64,000 bases of DNA, taken from assembly GCA_036785375.1 (NCBI GenBank), contig JAWMAR010000226.1:2852001-2916000 (forward strand). The letters run 5' to 3'. The notes below the pieces were generated by a model. The model was not told the DNA's origin. It saw only the letters and a program-made list of their open reading frames with translations, and ran no database searches. This DNA is from Leucoraja ocellata (lineage: Eukaryota). Within the stretch, counting starts at the first letter, position 1; the number at the start of each line of letters is the position of its first letter. This document shows positions 47,788-61,754 of the stretch, one piece after another. The position numbers and the translations under genes were made by a program.

Positions 47788-49739
47788 TGTTTAATCACAG
47801 GCTTCTGGTGATGTCAGAGACTAACATTGTTTATTTCTGCCAAGAAATTAAATTTGTATATTTGAGCAAAATTGGCGCTGGTGTTTTTCTTTAATTATGT
47901 CCTCTTCTGAAGGAGCAGACTTGTAATCTCAAACATTTCTCACTGGTGCCAGCAACTCTCCGATATCTTATCTAACTGTGGTGAGCCTGATTTTGTCTTT
48001 GTTTGGTGCACTAGATAGCAATCAGAAGCTAAACCAGAAGCCAATGTTTTCCTTACACAGTCCAAGGTTGCAGCATAGCTAATTATATCGCAACTGATAT
48101 CTGCTCTCCCCATAAAGAGTGTAGAATGAATGTGGGATGTGTTAGTCCGTCTGCGATTTTGCGTTGAGCATTTTATTGACCCATGGAGCCATGATGCAAG
48201 TGGTATTTGTAAGCAGTAACCTGACAATCAGGTTTTGACTGACCCACTGTGATAACTTGTCAGTACATAACGTAAAGAATATTGTTGCATATCATCCAAA
48301 CAGATCAGTTGAAGGACAGGACCAAACAGTGGCAAGATCAAAGTGGCCGCAACATTGGTCTGGATGTTTATCAGAATGAGTCAAGGTTAGGAAGGAAAAG
48401 TGATTAAGTTTTATCCACAAAGAGGTTAATAGATTAAAAAAATTGCTGAAATGCACTTATTACATAACATAGAACAGTACAGAACAGCATCAAGCCCTTC
48501 CACCCACAATCTTTGTGCCAAACATTATGCCTAACTGAATTGATCTCATTTGCCTGCACATGATCCATATCCCACTATTCCCTGCACTTCCATGTATATA
48601 TCTAAAAGCCTTATAAACAACACTATTGTATCTGCCCCTGCCACCCTCTGCGTAGAAAGATTCTCCTGGACATCATTAAACATTCTCCCTCTCAGCTTAG
48701 ACTTCCAGGCGGAAATTGGATATTTTCACCTGGGAAAAAGGTTTTGAATCTCTACCACATCTATGCCTCTGATAATTGTATATACTTTTATCAAGGTTCC
48801 CCTCAACCTCCAACATTCCAGTCCAAGTCTATCTAACCTCTCCCTGTAGCTGAAAGCCTCTAATCTAGGCAACATTCTGGCAAAACTCAGCGGCTGAGGC
48901 AGCATCTATGGAGCGAAGGAAATAGGCAACGTTTCGGCTCAAAACTCTTCTTCGGACTGATACGAGGGTGGGCGGGGGGGGGGGGGGGGGGGGGGGCGTT
49001 AAACAGAAGAGCAAGGTAGGGTTACAATGGCCTTCAAAATAACCTTTTTAAATATATACATTTCTTTCGATTTATTTAACTTCTGTGTGATAAATGTGCT
49101 TGTCCAAATATAAATTCCTATGGACTGCCTTGCCTATGGATAAATGCACTGCTGGGTGAATTTCATGTCTTATTGTGCCTTGAAATCTCTCAGATTACAA
49201 TTAGGTGACCAATGAAAAGAATTTAAGACTTATAAAGCCATTATGTCCTTCGAGCCATTGTTAATTTTACCTAATTTCATAGAAACCTGCACATCCAGCA
49301 CATGTCTATTTCCTTTGCTGTCAGAGTGGATTTTAACCCCATTCACCTGGCAGAAATTAGGTCAAAATGTAGGTAAAACCCTTTTTGTTGACTTCCTCTC
49401 AGATCTTGTATTTGCATTATTTATATAGTTTCTTGCAGGAAGCTTAAATACTTCCCCAGAGCAGTAGCATGTTTGTACAGTGGTCATTGGTAGCAGGAGA
49501 GGATTATAATATGCCGAGGAATGAAAGACTTGAATGTGCAAAGGCCCTTTCATCTCCGGATGTCCCAAAACACTTCCAGCCTCAGAATGTGGGACAACTA
49601 ACTAAAATTATGATGCTGAAGAATTGATTATTTTTAGTCTTTGGAGCACCTTATTATAGAGAGCTGCCTCTATAATAAGGTGCATAATGCACATTTACAA
49701 CTGAGATGGATAGATTTCTAATGCCAAGGAATCACAGGT

Positions 49740-49975
49740 TATGGAGAAGAATATCTCTCCCCATATTCAGTGCTTCTGTGGAAAATCTTACATGCACCTG
49801 AAAGGCCAGGTCAAGCCTCGATGTAGTGTCTCTTCCATCGATTGCACAGTGCAGGACTCCCTCAGTACTCCACTATAGTTTCAGCCCATACTTCTAAACT
49901 TAGATAAATGAACTAATTCTTAAACCCATTTCTTCTGTCTCTAAGGTTAGAGTCCTACCATCCGAACTGTGACTG
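49740..49975 (-). mobile_element. DeuSINE remnant
   Basis: cagtgcaggactccctcagtactccact...cttaaacccatttcttctgtctctaagg is reverse-complementary to the Deu domain and tRNA head. Confidence 0.5.
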
Positions 49976-51651
49976 GCCCCATGATAGTGAGCATAACTGC
50001 ATTGCTAACTTAGTGCAGCTTTCTCATGACATGGAGCTCTAACAAAGGCTGCCTCTGATAGATGTTTTATTTTCTGTTGTAATATTAGGAGCCAATTTTG
50101 GCCATCTGATCCCGACTAAGAAAGTAAGTCTCCCCCTTTCAGGGTGAGGGGGCAGGTGGAGTATCTAAGGTCACCCATATATCTGTGGACCCGCAGCTGC
50201 TTTCTACCAACTTCCTGGCTAGTTCAGCAGGAAGCTGGCCAGAGGTAGATGAATGAGACCCGCTGTTAAAATCCTCTCGGCCTGAAGCTGCAGCAGGAGA
50301 GGGAAAGTGAACTTGGTGACATGGTTTCCTCCCAAAACCTCAGTGCAAAATAAGTGCCTGTGTCCTCCCTCCTAACCCCTCACATTGACCATGTCACATC
50401 ATCAGCAATCTACGGTACTTTTAAAAGCAATGAAGCAAAAAGACACAAACTAAAGCGGCTGTTAATTGTAACCAGAATGATTTTAATAAAGAGATACAAG
50501 GAACTACAGATGCTGGAATCTAGAGTAAAATACAAAGTGCTGTAGTAACTCAGCAGATCAGACAGTATCCCTGAAGGACATGTCGGGACCCTTCTTCGGG
50601 TTTCTATTTAATCAGGTTAATACCAGAATGACTACTACACTTCACTTTGTTACTCACGACTTCACACTAACAGCACTATTTGCTAAATGCTATTATGGTT
50701 TTATCTTTCTGAAAAAGAGTATCATCCAACTTTCTAGGCCACCACCTTCTGAGCTAAATGTTCCTAGGTTGAATACAGTTTATTTTGAAATGTTACAGGC
50801 ACTGCTAAATGAAGTGTTAGTCGTGTCAGAATATATTTTTGGAGAAATAAACAAGTCTCATATTTTGTAATAACATCCAATGGCTTCAGAAAATTGAATA
50901 CATTTGAAACTTACCACTTTTAAAAACGAGTCTCTAGGTTTTTTTAAAGCATTAAAAAAAAACATTTCAAAACCCTGCAGTGTGATTTTCTATGATCTCA
51001 AATTCTAACTAGTTTCCACATAACCTTTTTATTCCATGAAGTTAACATTTTTTTCTATTTGTACTCTTTGTTGTGAAAAACTTTTTGATGAAATCTCTAA
51101 GTAAAGGTTGTCATGGATATACAGGTAGCAGTTTAGTTTTGAGGCTTGTTTCCACCATCACCAGAAGCTGTTATTGACCAGGCAATTCTGTGTAAGAAGT
51201 TCTTTACTCAGCAGGTTACATGTTTATTCAGGAAGTTTATGTCTAGTGTAGATTATGACTTTAAAGAGTGAATTTTCACAAGACTGCAATTGAAAATTAT
51301 ATGACACGGCTCGTGTTCCCAAAATAATTTTTGCAGCCATCAATTATTTGCAACTAAATTACATAAAAAACAAATGTCAGATAACATGATGGAAAGACAA
51401 AAGACAATAGCAGACTACCTGTATAAAAACCAACATTTAGCTGCTTTCTTTGTTTACGCCAGTTTGCTACTGAGAAAAAGGGATTTCCTCACCTATTACT
51501 TTTTTTCTTTGAGGTGAAGGAATTTGAAGTTTCAAGTGTGGTGGAAAATGTTGTTCGTCTTGGCACCTGGGCCCTTGGCTGCACACCCAAATAAGAACAC
51601 TCAAGCCAAATGACATAGGTTTAATATAAGAGAGGAAACATTTAATAGAAA

Positions 51652-52210
51652 CTAGACTAAGTGGGACCCCTTGGGTCCCATGTTCACACAGGAGGGCTGG
51701 TACCCCAATGCAATATTCCACCTCTCCACCAATTCCAATATTGATGGCCAGTGGGGGGGGGGGGGGGGGGCTTTCTGGAGCGCTAGTATGGCGTTGTGGG
51801 CCGAAGGGACGGGTTTCCAGAGGGCTAGTATGCACATTGTGGGTCGAAAGGATTCTTGGGCTGGCAGCTCAGTCACTCAGGCCTGGTGGGCTGGCAGCTC
51901 ACAGGCCTGGGTGGGCTGGCAGCTCATTCACTCAGGCCTGGTGGGCTGGCAGCTCAGTCACTCAGACCTGGTGGGCTGGCAGTTCAGTCGCTCAGGCCTG
52001 GTGGGCTGGCAGCTCAGTCAGTCATGGCTGGTGGGCCGGACGTTGACTCACTCATGACTGGTGGGCTGGCAGTTAACTCACTCACGGCTGGTGGATTCAC
52101 ACACGCACAGACCCTCCATCACACACACACACACTCTATCTCACACACACACAGACACACACACACTCACACCATCCATCACACACTCTCACACACTCAT
52201 ACACAACATA
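51652..52210 (-). mobile_element. 3' part of the same Helitron-like family, with ~30-bp minisatellite
   Basis: Minus strand GGGACCC-aag-GGGTCCC-acttagt-CTAG|t. Aligns with 46593-46830. About eight units of ctggtgggctggcagctcagtcactcaggc at 51857-52095. Confidence 0.75.
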
Positions 52211-52224
52211 TATATGACCGTAAA

Positions 52225-52722
52225 ACTCTCTTGAATCTACTCAGGTGGTTGAGCTCCCTGGAGAGAAAAAGACTACAAAAGTAGTAAACACTGCCCAGTC
52301 CATCATTGGCTCTGACCTCCCTTCCATCAAGGGGATCTATCGCAGTCGCTGCCTCAAAAAGGCTGGCTGTATCATCAAGGACCCACACCATCCTGGCCAC
52401 ACACTCATCTCCCTGCTTCCTTCAGGTAGAAGGTACAGGAGCCTGAAGACTGCAACGACCAGGTTCAGGAATAGCTACTTCCCCACAGCCGTCAGGCTAT
52501 TAAACTTGGCTTGGACAAAACTCTGAACATTAATAGCCCATCATCTATTTGCACTTTATCAGTTTATTTATTCATGTGTGTATATATTTATATAATGGTA
52601 TATGGACACACTGATCTGTTTTGTAGTCAACCCTACTAAATTCTGTTGTGCTGAAGCAAAGCAATAATTTCATTGTCCTATCAGGGACACATGACAATAA
52701 ACTCACTTGAACTTGAACTTGA
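52225..52722 (+). mobile_element. Rex1/Babar 3' fragment
   Basis: KVVNTAQSIIGSDLPSI..IIKDPHHPGH..RFRNSYFP. Tail gacaataaactcacttgaacttgaacttga. Confidence 0.9.
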
Positions 52723-54297
52723 AAGTAAGGATTCACTTCATAACACCTATTGGGAAGAAGAAAAGAGTAACAATGCTAGCAGCACAAGTAATTGAGAGTA
52801 CTAAATATGACTTGCAGAAGTGGGATAATGGTGAGGTAGATTAGGTTGACATGAATATCAACACCTTTGAATTGAAGGGAAGGTCAAGCATTCACATTGA
52901 CCAAATGATTGTATCAAAGAAATATGCAATGACCGAATTTAAGATATACGTCACAATGTTCTCCATTCGTCAGATAAAGAAGTACATGCAATTCTACGGA
53001 CCCAAATAGATCCAAATATCTAAGAAATCTTGTCTACAGATTGAACACGCAATCACCGTTCATATTTGATTCATTCTTTCAAAGAGGGAACGTAGTGTGG
53101 TGTATTTGTATTGTATGTACATCTAATTCATTCTGATGTAAATGATTCATATGTGCATGTATCATAATGCAATAAAAGCATGTGCAACGTGAGTGCCTGT
53201 GATAGTTATTGTTCATCTTCACAAGTAGTTGTGAAAATTCAGGTTTCACAACCTCATCTGAAATTCAGATGTCAGGTAACATTTGAATTTGTTCTGAACA
53301 CATTCAGAAGCATGTACTGAAATTTCAGGTATCTTCCAGAGATTACTTAATGCTGTAGTCACCATCTCTACAATAGTGGCTCACAGACTCTCCGACACAC
53401 AATGATCAGATTGCATGAATAACGGGTTTGTTCTCAGTTTGTGTGATAACCACACAATCAATTGTATTCTTGGCAAGGCTATTAGTGCAATCTGTGGCTG
53501 TTCATCGCTCATTGAATAGGGGCCTGTTACTACCACATGGCAGCTATGGTTAAAAGAAACATAATATTTATGGAATTCTTTGATTAGTTTTTCCTGCACC
53601 AATCATGACAGATCCCCAAGTATTTTTTCTCCTATCCGACATTCTCAACTTGATTCCTCAAACTCCTGACTCAGCAGTTAGTTCCCATCTCTCCAATATG
53701 AATGTCAGTGAGGACAGTCTAAGCTAACCCAGGGATACATTGGTTCAATCTCAATCCTTTCTTTACCAGATATCAATGTCTATTTTTTTCAGAAAATAAT
53801 TGTGAGTAATTTATCCTTTCCAGGTATCATTTATGGACTTCCATCATTGGCTTGGTTGAAATCTTATTACCCATAAAATTATTATTGGAACGATGCCAAT
53901 TAACAGGATTAAAATGGCTAGCTGCTTTGGAAAAGTGATTTCATTCACTGGCACCAGCGAAATTATAAAGAATTGGAGAAAATCTTCACTTTGTGCTTGT
54001 GTGTGTCAGTGTGTGTGTACGTGTGTGCGCGTGCACGCGTATTTATGTGTGTATGTGTGTGTGTGTGTGTGTGTGTTCATGAATGTCAACAGTCTGTATT
54101 CTAATAGAATACTTTTCAAAATAGTCATTGCCTCCTGTTATTAAACTATTTTATTTTTATTGTGAATTAAATATCATACAAAGCAAAAATCAAGGCTATA
54201 AATCTGCATTTCTAATATCTCTTTTACCAAAACTCAGATTTTCTGGATATTATCATTTCAGTTTCTGGGAGATTGGGATAACCTGCTTCCTACAGAG

Positions 54298-54509
54298 GCA
54301 CAAAATGTGTAGGAAGGAACTGCAGATGCTGGCTTAAACTGAAGATAGACACAAAAAGCTGGAATAACTCAGTGGGCCAGGCAGCATCTCTGGAGAGATG
54401 GAATGGGTGACTCTCAGTCTGAAGAAAGGTCTAGACCATAAATGCCTCCCATTCCTTCTCTCCAGAGATGCTGCCTGTCCACTGAGTTACTCCAACTTTT
54501 TTGTGTCCA
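54298..54509. mobile_element. Penelope-derived inverted-arm element inserted in an older SINE tail
   Basis: Two inverted arms around a degenerate core (ctgaagaaaggtctagacc). 10-bp TSD TCCTACAGAG (54288-54297, 54510-54519). Confidence 0.75.
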
Positions 54510-55671
54510 TCCTACAGAGTGACAGTGAGTACACTACCTAAAGTACTGCAGTGGCTGTAAAGAGTTTTGTTTTGTAAATGCTATATAAATGCAATTATTT
54601 ATTTGTGCAGAATTGTTTTGAATGGCTCTTGGCTCCGTAATAAAATCCAGGTCTGTTGAAGACATGAAGACATTGGCGTCTGATGCGTGATTTCTCTCTC
54701 ATTTCATGTGATCAGAATATCAGGGTCTCTGCCTCATTAGTGACTTTTACTGAACAGAATTCTTGACATCCATGGGACATAATTTGATTTGTTTTGTGAC
54801 GTGTGTCTGTTACTATTATGGAGGTACTACCTTAAGGACGATGTGTTGCCAGCATTTTGAAAGTCACTGCCACATGGCTGTGAATGGCACCATTCTTTGT
54901 GCCATTTACTAAAGGTATGAGAGCTATAATAAACAGTTGTATTTCTTTGATGTTCCATGTCTACCTGGTGATTATGTGACTGTGATGCTCTGCCCAACAC
55001 AACCCATATTCTACATCTCTAATTCAAATGAATATCATTAAAAAAAAAACAATGCAGCAGAGGCATCTGCCCTGACTAAATCCATTTAAACCAAGGTGCA
55101 TTCCTGACATTTACATTGATGGATTTAAGGATTTGGGAGAGAGATTAGTAACTGTCTTATATTTCTCTCTGATGATGCTTTTGAGAGAAAGGGTGTCACC
55201 TGACAAAGGAAGAATTAGGCCAATATCATTTACTTTTAGACCATATTCACAGAAAGGAACAGAGAAAATAACAGTTTTGTATGTGGAAAAGATAGCCACA
55301 AAGTGTTGGAGTAACTCAGCGGGCCAGGCAGCATCTCGGGAGAAAAAGAATGGATGAAGTTTCAGGACGGAACCCTTCTTCATAATGTAAATATGGGATG
55401 GGCTGGGGGAGGGTGAAGAGCTAAAGGCCAGAACAGATCAGGATCAATCAGGGCCAGCCACAAAGAACCTCGGACAGGGAGTTGCCTGGTAGGTCCTTTG
55501 TTGGCTCATGAAGGTGTGATCTCAAGAGAGACAGTGGAGATCAGTGGAACAATTGTCATTGCCCAGAGCTAAATAAAGTGCAAGAGAAATAGCAGCCTTG
55601 GTAGATTTATTCATCTTGGATCTAGATTGTCCACAAGATTTGGGCAGATGTGGGCCATTACCTGACTACAG

Positions 55672-55900
55672 GTGCTTGTCTGTACGGAGTTTGTATGTTC
55701 TCCCCGTAACCTGCATGGGTATTCTTCGTTTTCCTCCCACACTCCAAAGATGTATAGGTTTGTAGGTTAATTAGAATTGTATAATTATGAATTGTCCCTA
55801 ATGTGTGTAGGATGGTGTAAGTGTGCGGGGATGGGGATTCTGGTCGGCATGGACTCGGTGGGCCGAAGGGCCTGTTTCAGCGCTGTATCACTAAATTAAA
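55672..55900 (+). mobile_element. HE1-like V-SINE, 5'-truncated
   Basis: gtctgtacggagtttgtatgttctccccg..gggccgaagggcctgtttcagcgctgtatc. Confidence 0.8.
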
Positions 55901-56564
55901 CCAAAATTAAACATTGCAACAATTCTTCTACACGCATTCATGGATTTGGCAGAAGATGATCATTGCAATTTTACTTTGCGTCAAATGTCTGCTGGATCAC
56001 AATTGCAATCTCATGTTTATTACATGATCCTGATTTAAACTGTAAAGCAGACATAAATAAGAAGAGAAAAGAACACAGCTGTCAAAAGATTGGCTGCTTC
56101 TCATTTTCATACCATTTCTTATTCATTTTTGTAGCAATTTCAACCTAAACAGCAATAACCTTTTTCTTGTTGCATTAGAGCCTTGCCAAAAACACTTGTC
56201 TCGCATCCAACAGGAAGTGTGCTATCAAGTGGGCGACAGTCAAATTGTGTTTCTTTAGATAAGTAATATGAATGCAACTGAAGGCAAGTGTTCCTGAAAG
56301 GTAATGAGCCAAAGGTTCAGAAAGAGCAGCCATGATATTTTAAACTGTCAATAACTACACAAGAATATAAAGTATGGTGAGGGGCTGCTTCCTCAAACTA
56401 GAGAGCCCCATACAAGGAACATGCCTGGCCCTCGCTATGCTTGTCTTTCTGTCAGCTATGAGGAACAGTCCTTGTTACAAGCCTATTTGGGCAGTCTTCC
56501 CCCCTCCCCAATGCAGCTCTTTCTCATTGACAACAGCATTGGCGTTGCCTTCTGCATTAGAGTC

Positions 56565-58367
56565 ATAGAAGGGGAACAAGGAAATGTCAGAAAAGTTGAA
56601 CAGGTACTTTGGTTTTGTCTTCACTAAGGAAGACACTAAAAATCTCCCAGATGTACTAGAGGACAGAGGTTCTACGGTGACAGAGGAACTGAAATAAATT
56701 TGCATTAGGTGAGAAATAGCATTGGGTAGACTGATGGAACTGAAGGCTGATAATTCCCCAGGGCCTGATGGTCTGCATCCCAGGGTACTCAAGGAGGTGG
56801 GTCTAGAAATCTTGGACGCATTGGTGATCATTTTCCAATGTTCTACAGATTCAGGATCAGTTCCTGTGGATTGGAGGGTAGCTAATGTTATACCACTTTT
56901 CAAGAAAGGAGCGAGAGAGAAAACAGAATTATAGACCAGTTAGTCTGACATCAGTGGTGGGGAAGATGCTGGAGTCAATTATTAAAGAAGTAATAACGGT
57001 GCACTTAGATAGCAGTAAAAGGATTGGTCCAAGTCAGCATGGATTTATGAAGGGGAAATCCCTCTTGACTAATCTTCTGGAATTTTTTGAGGATGTGACA
57101 TGTAAAATGGATGAAGGGGAGCCAGTGGATGTGGATGTAGTGTATCTGGACTTTCAAAAAGCCTTTGGTAAGGTCCCAAACAGGAGATTAGTGGCAAAAT
57201 TAAAGCACGGTATTGGAGGTGGGGTATTGACATGGATAATGAATTGGTTGGCAGACAGGAAACAAAGAGTAGGAATAAACGGGTCCCTGTCAGAATGGCA
57301 GGCAGTGGTGAGCGGAGTGCCGCAAGGCTCGGTGCTGGGGCCGCAACTATTTACAATATATACTAATGATTTCGATGATGGGATTAAAAGTAACACTAGC
57401 AAATTTGCAGATGACACATAGCTGGGTGGCAGTGTGAATTGCGAAGAGGATGCTAGGAGGTTGTAGGGTGACTTGGACAGGTTGAGTGAGTGGGCAGATG
57501 CATGGCAGATGCAGTATAATGTATATAAATGTGAGGTTATCCAATTTGGCGGCAAGAACAAGGAGGCAGATTATTATGTCAATGGTGTCAGATTGAGAAA
57601 AGGGGAGATACAATGAGACCTGGGTGTCCTTACACACCAGTCGCTGAAAGTAAACATGCAGCTACAGTAGGCAGTGTAGAAAGCTAATGGTATGTTGGCC
57701 TCCATAATGTGAGAATTTGAGTATAGGTGTAAAGAGGTCCTTCTGCAGTTGTACAGGGCCCTGGTGAGACCATATCTGGAGTATTGTGTGCAGTTTTGGT
57801 CTTCTAATTTGAGGAAGGGCATCCTCACTATTGAGGCAGTGCAGCATAGGTTCATGAGGTTAATCCCTAGGATGGCGAGACTGTCATTTGAGAAAAGATT
57901 GGAAAGACTGGGCTTGTATTCACTGGAATTTAGAAGGATGAGAGAGGATCTTATAGAAACATATAAAATCATAAAAGGACTGGACAAGCTAGATGCAGGA
58001 AACATGTTCTAAATGTTGGGGGAGTCCAGAACCAGAGGTCACAGTCTAAGAATAAAGGGGAAGCCATTTAAAACTGAGATGAGAAAAAAGGTTTTCACCC
58101 AGAGAGTTGTGAATTTGTGGAATTCTCTGCCACAAAATGCAGTAGAGGCCAATTCACTGGATGAATTTAAATGAGTTTGAATGAATTGAATTTGGGTGAA
58201 TTTGGATGTTAGATAGAGCTCTAGGGGGCTAGCGGAATCAAGGGATATGGGAGGAAGGCAGGCACGGGTTACTAATTGTGGGTGATCAGCCATGATCACA
58301 ATGAATGGTGGTGCTGGCTCGAAGGGCCAAATGGCCTCCTCCTGCACCTATTTTCTATGTTTCTATT
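56565..58367 (+). mobile_element. CR1/HER1 LINE, 1.8 kb, full RT domain with stops and frameshifts
   Basis: KADNSPGPDGLHPRVLKE..DWRVANVIPLFKKG..NYRPVSLTSVVGK..YLDFQKAF..SGVPQGSVLGP..SKFADDT..LVRPYLEYCVQFW. Tail ttctatgtttctat. Confidence 0.95.
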
Positions 58368-59114
58368 TTTCTAAAATGACTTAACTGCGTGTCACATATA
58401 TTATGATATGTATTCGAGCTGGAGTAAAAGCCGGCTCCTCTCGTTGTCCGACAACGATGTATTTGTCTTGTGTTCTGGTGTTGATGGCGCTCGCAGGTCA
58501 CCACAACTCAGCATCAGGTTTTGCCAAATAAATTGCTCGTGGAATGGAGACTTGTTTTCCCAGCATCCTTGGCAGAGGAGAACCCGCTCTATTTTCGGTA
58601 CGCACTCTAGTGGGATGCTGGACTGGATGGGGTGGAAGATTTTACCCAGTTCATGTAACATCAGCCAGCTGCCATGAGATTGCAAACAGCAAATGCTCAC
58701 GGTGTAAAATATAGCGGAGAGCCCTTTCTTTCAATAGTGAGTGGGTTCGCTAACTGAACTGGCAACTGTCTCGGAGCGCCGAAGATAGCGGAGGTAACTG
58801 GTATCACAGATTTCTGGCGAGGTCCGTGAAGTTAACGAAACGCCACTGGACAGATAGAATTTTAAGTTACAGGTGCAAAGTTGGTGGCCGGAAAATAATG
58901 TTAATTGAAAGTAGTTATGATTTGAAACTCACTTTTGGAAGAATTGATTAAACTTAATCAAACTGGCACTTGTGGGAAATCTTGAATATGAGAAGGGTTC
59001 CGGCCCTAATCGTCACCTGCCCATTCCCTCCACAGATGCTGCCTGACCCGCTGAGTATCTCGAGCACTTTGTGTTTTAGGAGCGATGAATTGTACTACTC
59101 GGAGCTGGCATTGA

Positions 59115-59362
59115 AACATAGAAACATAGACACATAGAAAATAGGTGCTGGAGTAGGCCATTCGAGCCTGCACCGCCATTCAATATGATCATGGCTGATC
59201 ATCCAACTCAGTATCCTGTACCTGCCTTCTCTCCATACCCCCTGATCCCTTTAGCCACAAGGGCCACGTCTAACTCCCTCTTAAATATAGCCAATGAACT
59301 GGCCTCAACTACCTTCTGTGGCAGAGAATTCCAGAGATTCACCACTCTCTGTGTGAAAAATG
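59115..59362 (-). mobile_element. CR1 3' end
   Basis: gaaacatagaaacatag tail and reverse complement of WNSLP..EA. Confidence 0.85.
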
Positions 59363-61465
59363 ACCTCCTTTCTGTGCTACAACAATTTGATGATAGTCTT
59401 AATTGTATATTTGTTTGTAACTATTATGTGTTGCTACATTCTGTACCGTATAACAAAGCAGACGTTTGTACAATTAAACCATGTAATTGCAAGCGCTTCA
59501 CAAAGTATTGTGGACAATGCATTTGGCTTGGGAACTTGATTTATCTGTGGGTTGAGGAGATATAGATCCATATAGCTCCATAGATGCTGCTGCACCCGCT
59601 GAGTTTCTCCAGCAATTTTGTGTACCTTCGATCTTCCAGCATCTGCAGTTCCTTCTTGAACACTAAATGCAGTGTTCGCATCAGCGAGATCCACGAAGTG
59701 AATAAAACCTCTAATTCCTTTAGTGTTGTTTTTGTGCTACCGCCGTCCTGATGCATTTCAACCGTATAATACCACAAGGTGCTGTGTTATCGGGCTGCAA
59801 TTGAAACATGGTTGTCCAGAGAACAAAGGAAGTTATAAAGTCTGAAGAATGGTCCCGACCCAAAACGTCATCTGTCCATTTCCCGCAACAGACACTGTGT
59901 ACCCGTTGTGTTTCTCCAGCAGTTTGTTTTTTTAAGATCTCAGCATTTGCAGTCGCTTTTTATATCGAAGTTATTGGAGCTAACTATCGTCAATGATGAC
60001 AGTGACAGGACGCTTTCTATCTAAGATAGATCTGTCAAATTCTGGAGTGAATCTCCATTAAACAAAACTCTTATCTCAGGTTTCTGTTAACAGTATCATG
60101 GGATCAGTCACTGATCGGAAAGGCCGAGAGTTGAAGTAGTTTGTTACTGCAGAAGGAAGCTTGCAATTTCTTAAAATTTACCTTTACTTAGACAAGGTAT
60201 AATCTGAAGAAGTGGTTTCGACCCGAAACTTCACATATTCCTTTTCTCCAGAGATGCTGCCTGGCCCACTCAGTCACTACAGCATGTGTAAGAAGGAACC
60301 GCAGATGCTGGTTTAAAACGAAGAACGACATAAAAAGCGGCTGAGTTACTACAGTATGTTCTATCTATCTTCAGAGGCAATAAGGACTTGATGTGGTCTT
60401 CGACTGTATGATCTTTGATGGACGCACTTAATGCTGAAAGAGACTTCTAAAAAGCTGCCAGCTTCCCTTTTTTTGAAAAACATAATCTACTTTTTGCAAA
60501 ACAACTTTACCTGTTTCTCTGAATACCCCACTATCTGAACCCAACTCCAGCGTGTTTATTACCAGATATTAACCTCCATGTGGCTCTTGTGCTAAAGTGA
60601 TCAGGGGGTATGGAGAGAAGGCAGGTACAGGATACTGAGTTGGATGATCAGCCATGATCAGATTGAATGGCGGTGCAGGCTCGAAGGGCCGAATGGCCTA
60701 CTCCTGCGCCTATTTTCTATGTTTCTATGTACATCCATGTATCAATATATATTTCCGCATTGTTAGGTCAGCCGACTGGACCAGAATATCCTTGGATGTA
60801 CAGACTCTCTGGTCTCTTGCCTCACAAAAAAACACCTAGAATATTTAGTTAATGTTTCAAAAAATGTTAATGTGTTTAAGAACGGGTTGAAAACACTAAT
60901 ATCTGTCTTTAAACGGTCTGTCTGTATTTCCCGATGTTCTGTTTGGTTTAAGTACTCTTAAGCTGTACAACTACTCGTTGTCTCTTATGAGATAATGACA
61001 ATAAAATGGAATACAATACAATACTCTTTGTGTATTTGATTGTATTTTCACAGTAACATTTCACCAGAGATGTGTGCAGACGGCCAAGCCAGAGGTTAGA
61101 AACCCCCACTCCCCCTCCTCCACCCCCCCCCCCCCCCCCCCCCCCACCACGAATAACCACCAAAATATTGTATAATGGGCGTGTGTGACAGTGTTCGCCC
61201 ATAACAGCAAAGACTTGTGGGTGCGCACCTCCACCAAATGACTCCGGACTCAGGACTCCCCAATAGCTTGTAGTGCAATTGTTGTAGACCCAAAGTAACA
61301 TCACAAATGACACAAATGGAAAAAGGGTCCCGACCCGAAGCATCATCTATCCATGTTCTCCAGAGATGCTTCCTGAACGGCTGAGTTACTCCAGCACGTT
61401 GTGTCCTTTTGTGTAAACCAGCATCTGCAGTTCCTTTTTTCTACATTTAAAAACATCATTACAGT

Positions 61466-61592
61466 CTGAAGAAGGGTCTCGACCCGAAACGTCGCCTATT
61501 ACCTTCGCTCCATAGATGCTGCCTCACCTGCTGAGTTTCTCCAGCATTTTTGTCTGCCTTCGATGTTCCAGCATCTGCAGTTCCTTCTCAAA
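61466..61592 (+). mobile_element. Penelope-derived element with intact hammerhead-like core (61466-61493)
   Basis: CTGAAGA-A-GGGT-CTCG-ACCC-GAAAC-GTC. Flanked by CATTACAGT (61457-61465, 61593-61601). Confidence 0.8.
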
Positions 61593-61670
61593 CATTACAG
61601 TTCTCGCGGTCACTGTAAATTGCATTTGTACTTATCTCAGTAAAAGGAACTCGAAACCGTTCTAGCTGAG

Positions 61671-61743
61671 GGTTCCATAGTGTAGTGGTTATCACGTCTG
61701 CTTTACACGCAGAAGGTCCTGGGTTCGAGCCCCAGTGGAACCA
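61671..61743 (+). tRNA. trnV-TAC: tRNA-Val (anticodon TAC), intronless
   Basis: 73-nt cloverleaf: acceptor GGTTCCA/TGGAACC + A, anticodon stem TCTGC/GCAGA with TAC at 61704-61706, T arm CTGGG-TTCGAGC-CCCAG, intact A and B boxes. Confidence 0.98.
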
Positions 61744-61747
61744 CGTA

Positions 61748-61754
61748 TTTTTTT
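61748..61754 (+). terminator. RNA polymerase III terminator (T7)
   Basis: T run starting 5 nt after the tRNA discriminator base. Confidence 0.9.

Noticed and set aside
51857-52095. ~30-bp direct repeats suggestive of a CRISPR array
   Set aside because: Head-to-tail repeats without unique spacers, inside a eukaryotic Helitron-like element.
58458-58532. MYLSCVLVLMALAG leader-like peptide in a CpG-rich patch
   Set aside because: Weak donor (GTCACC), stop after 24 codons, and no downstream V exon or recombination signal found.
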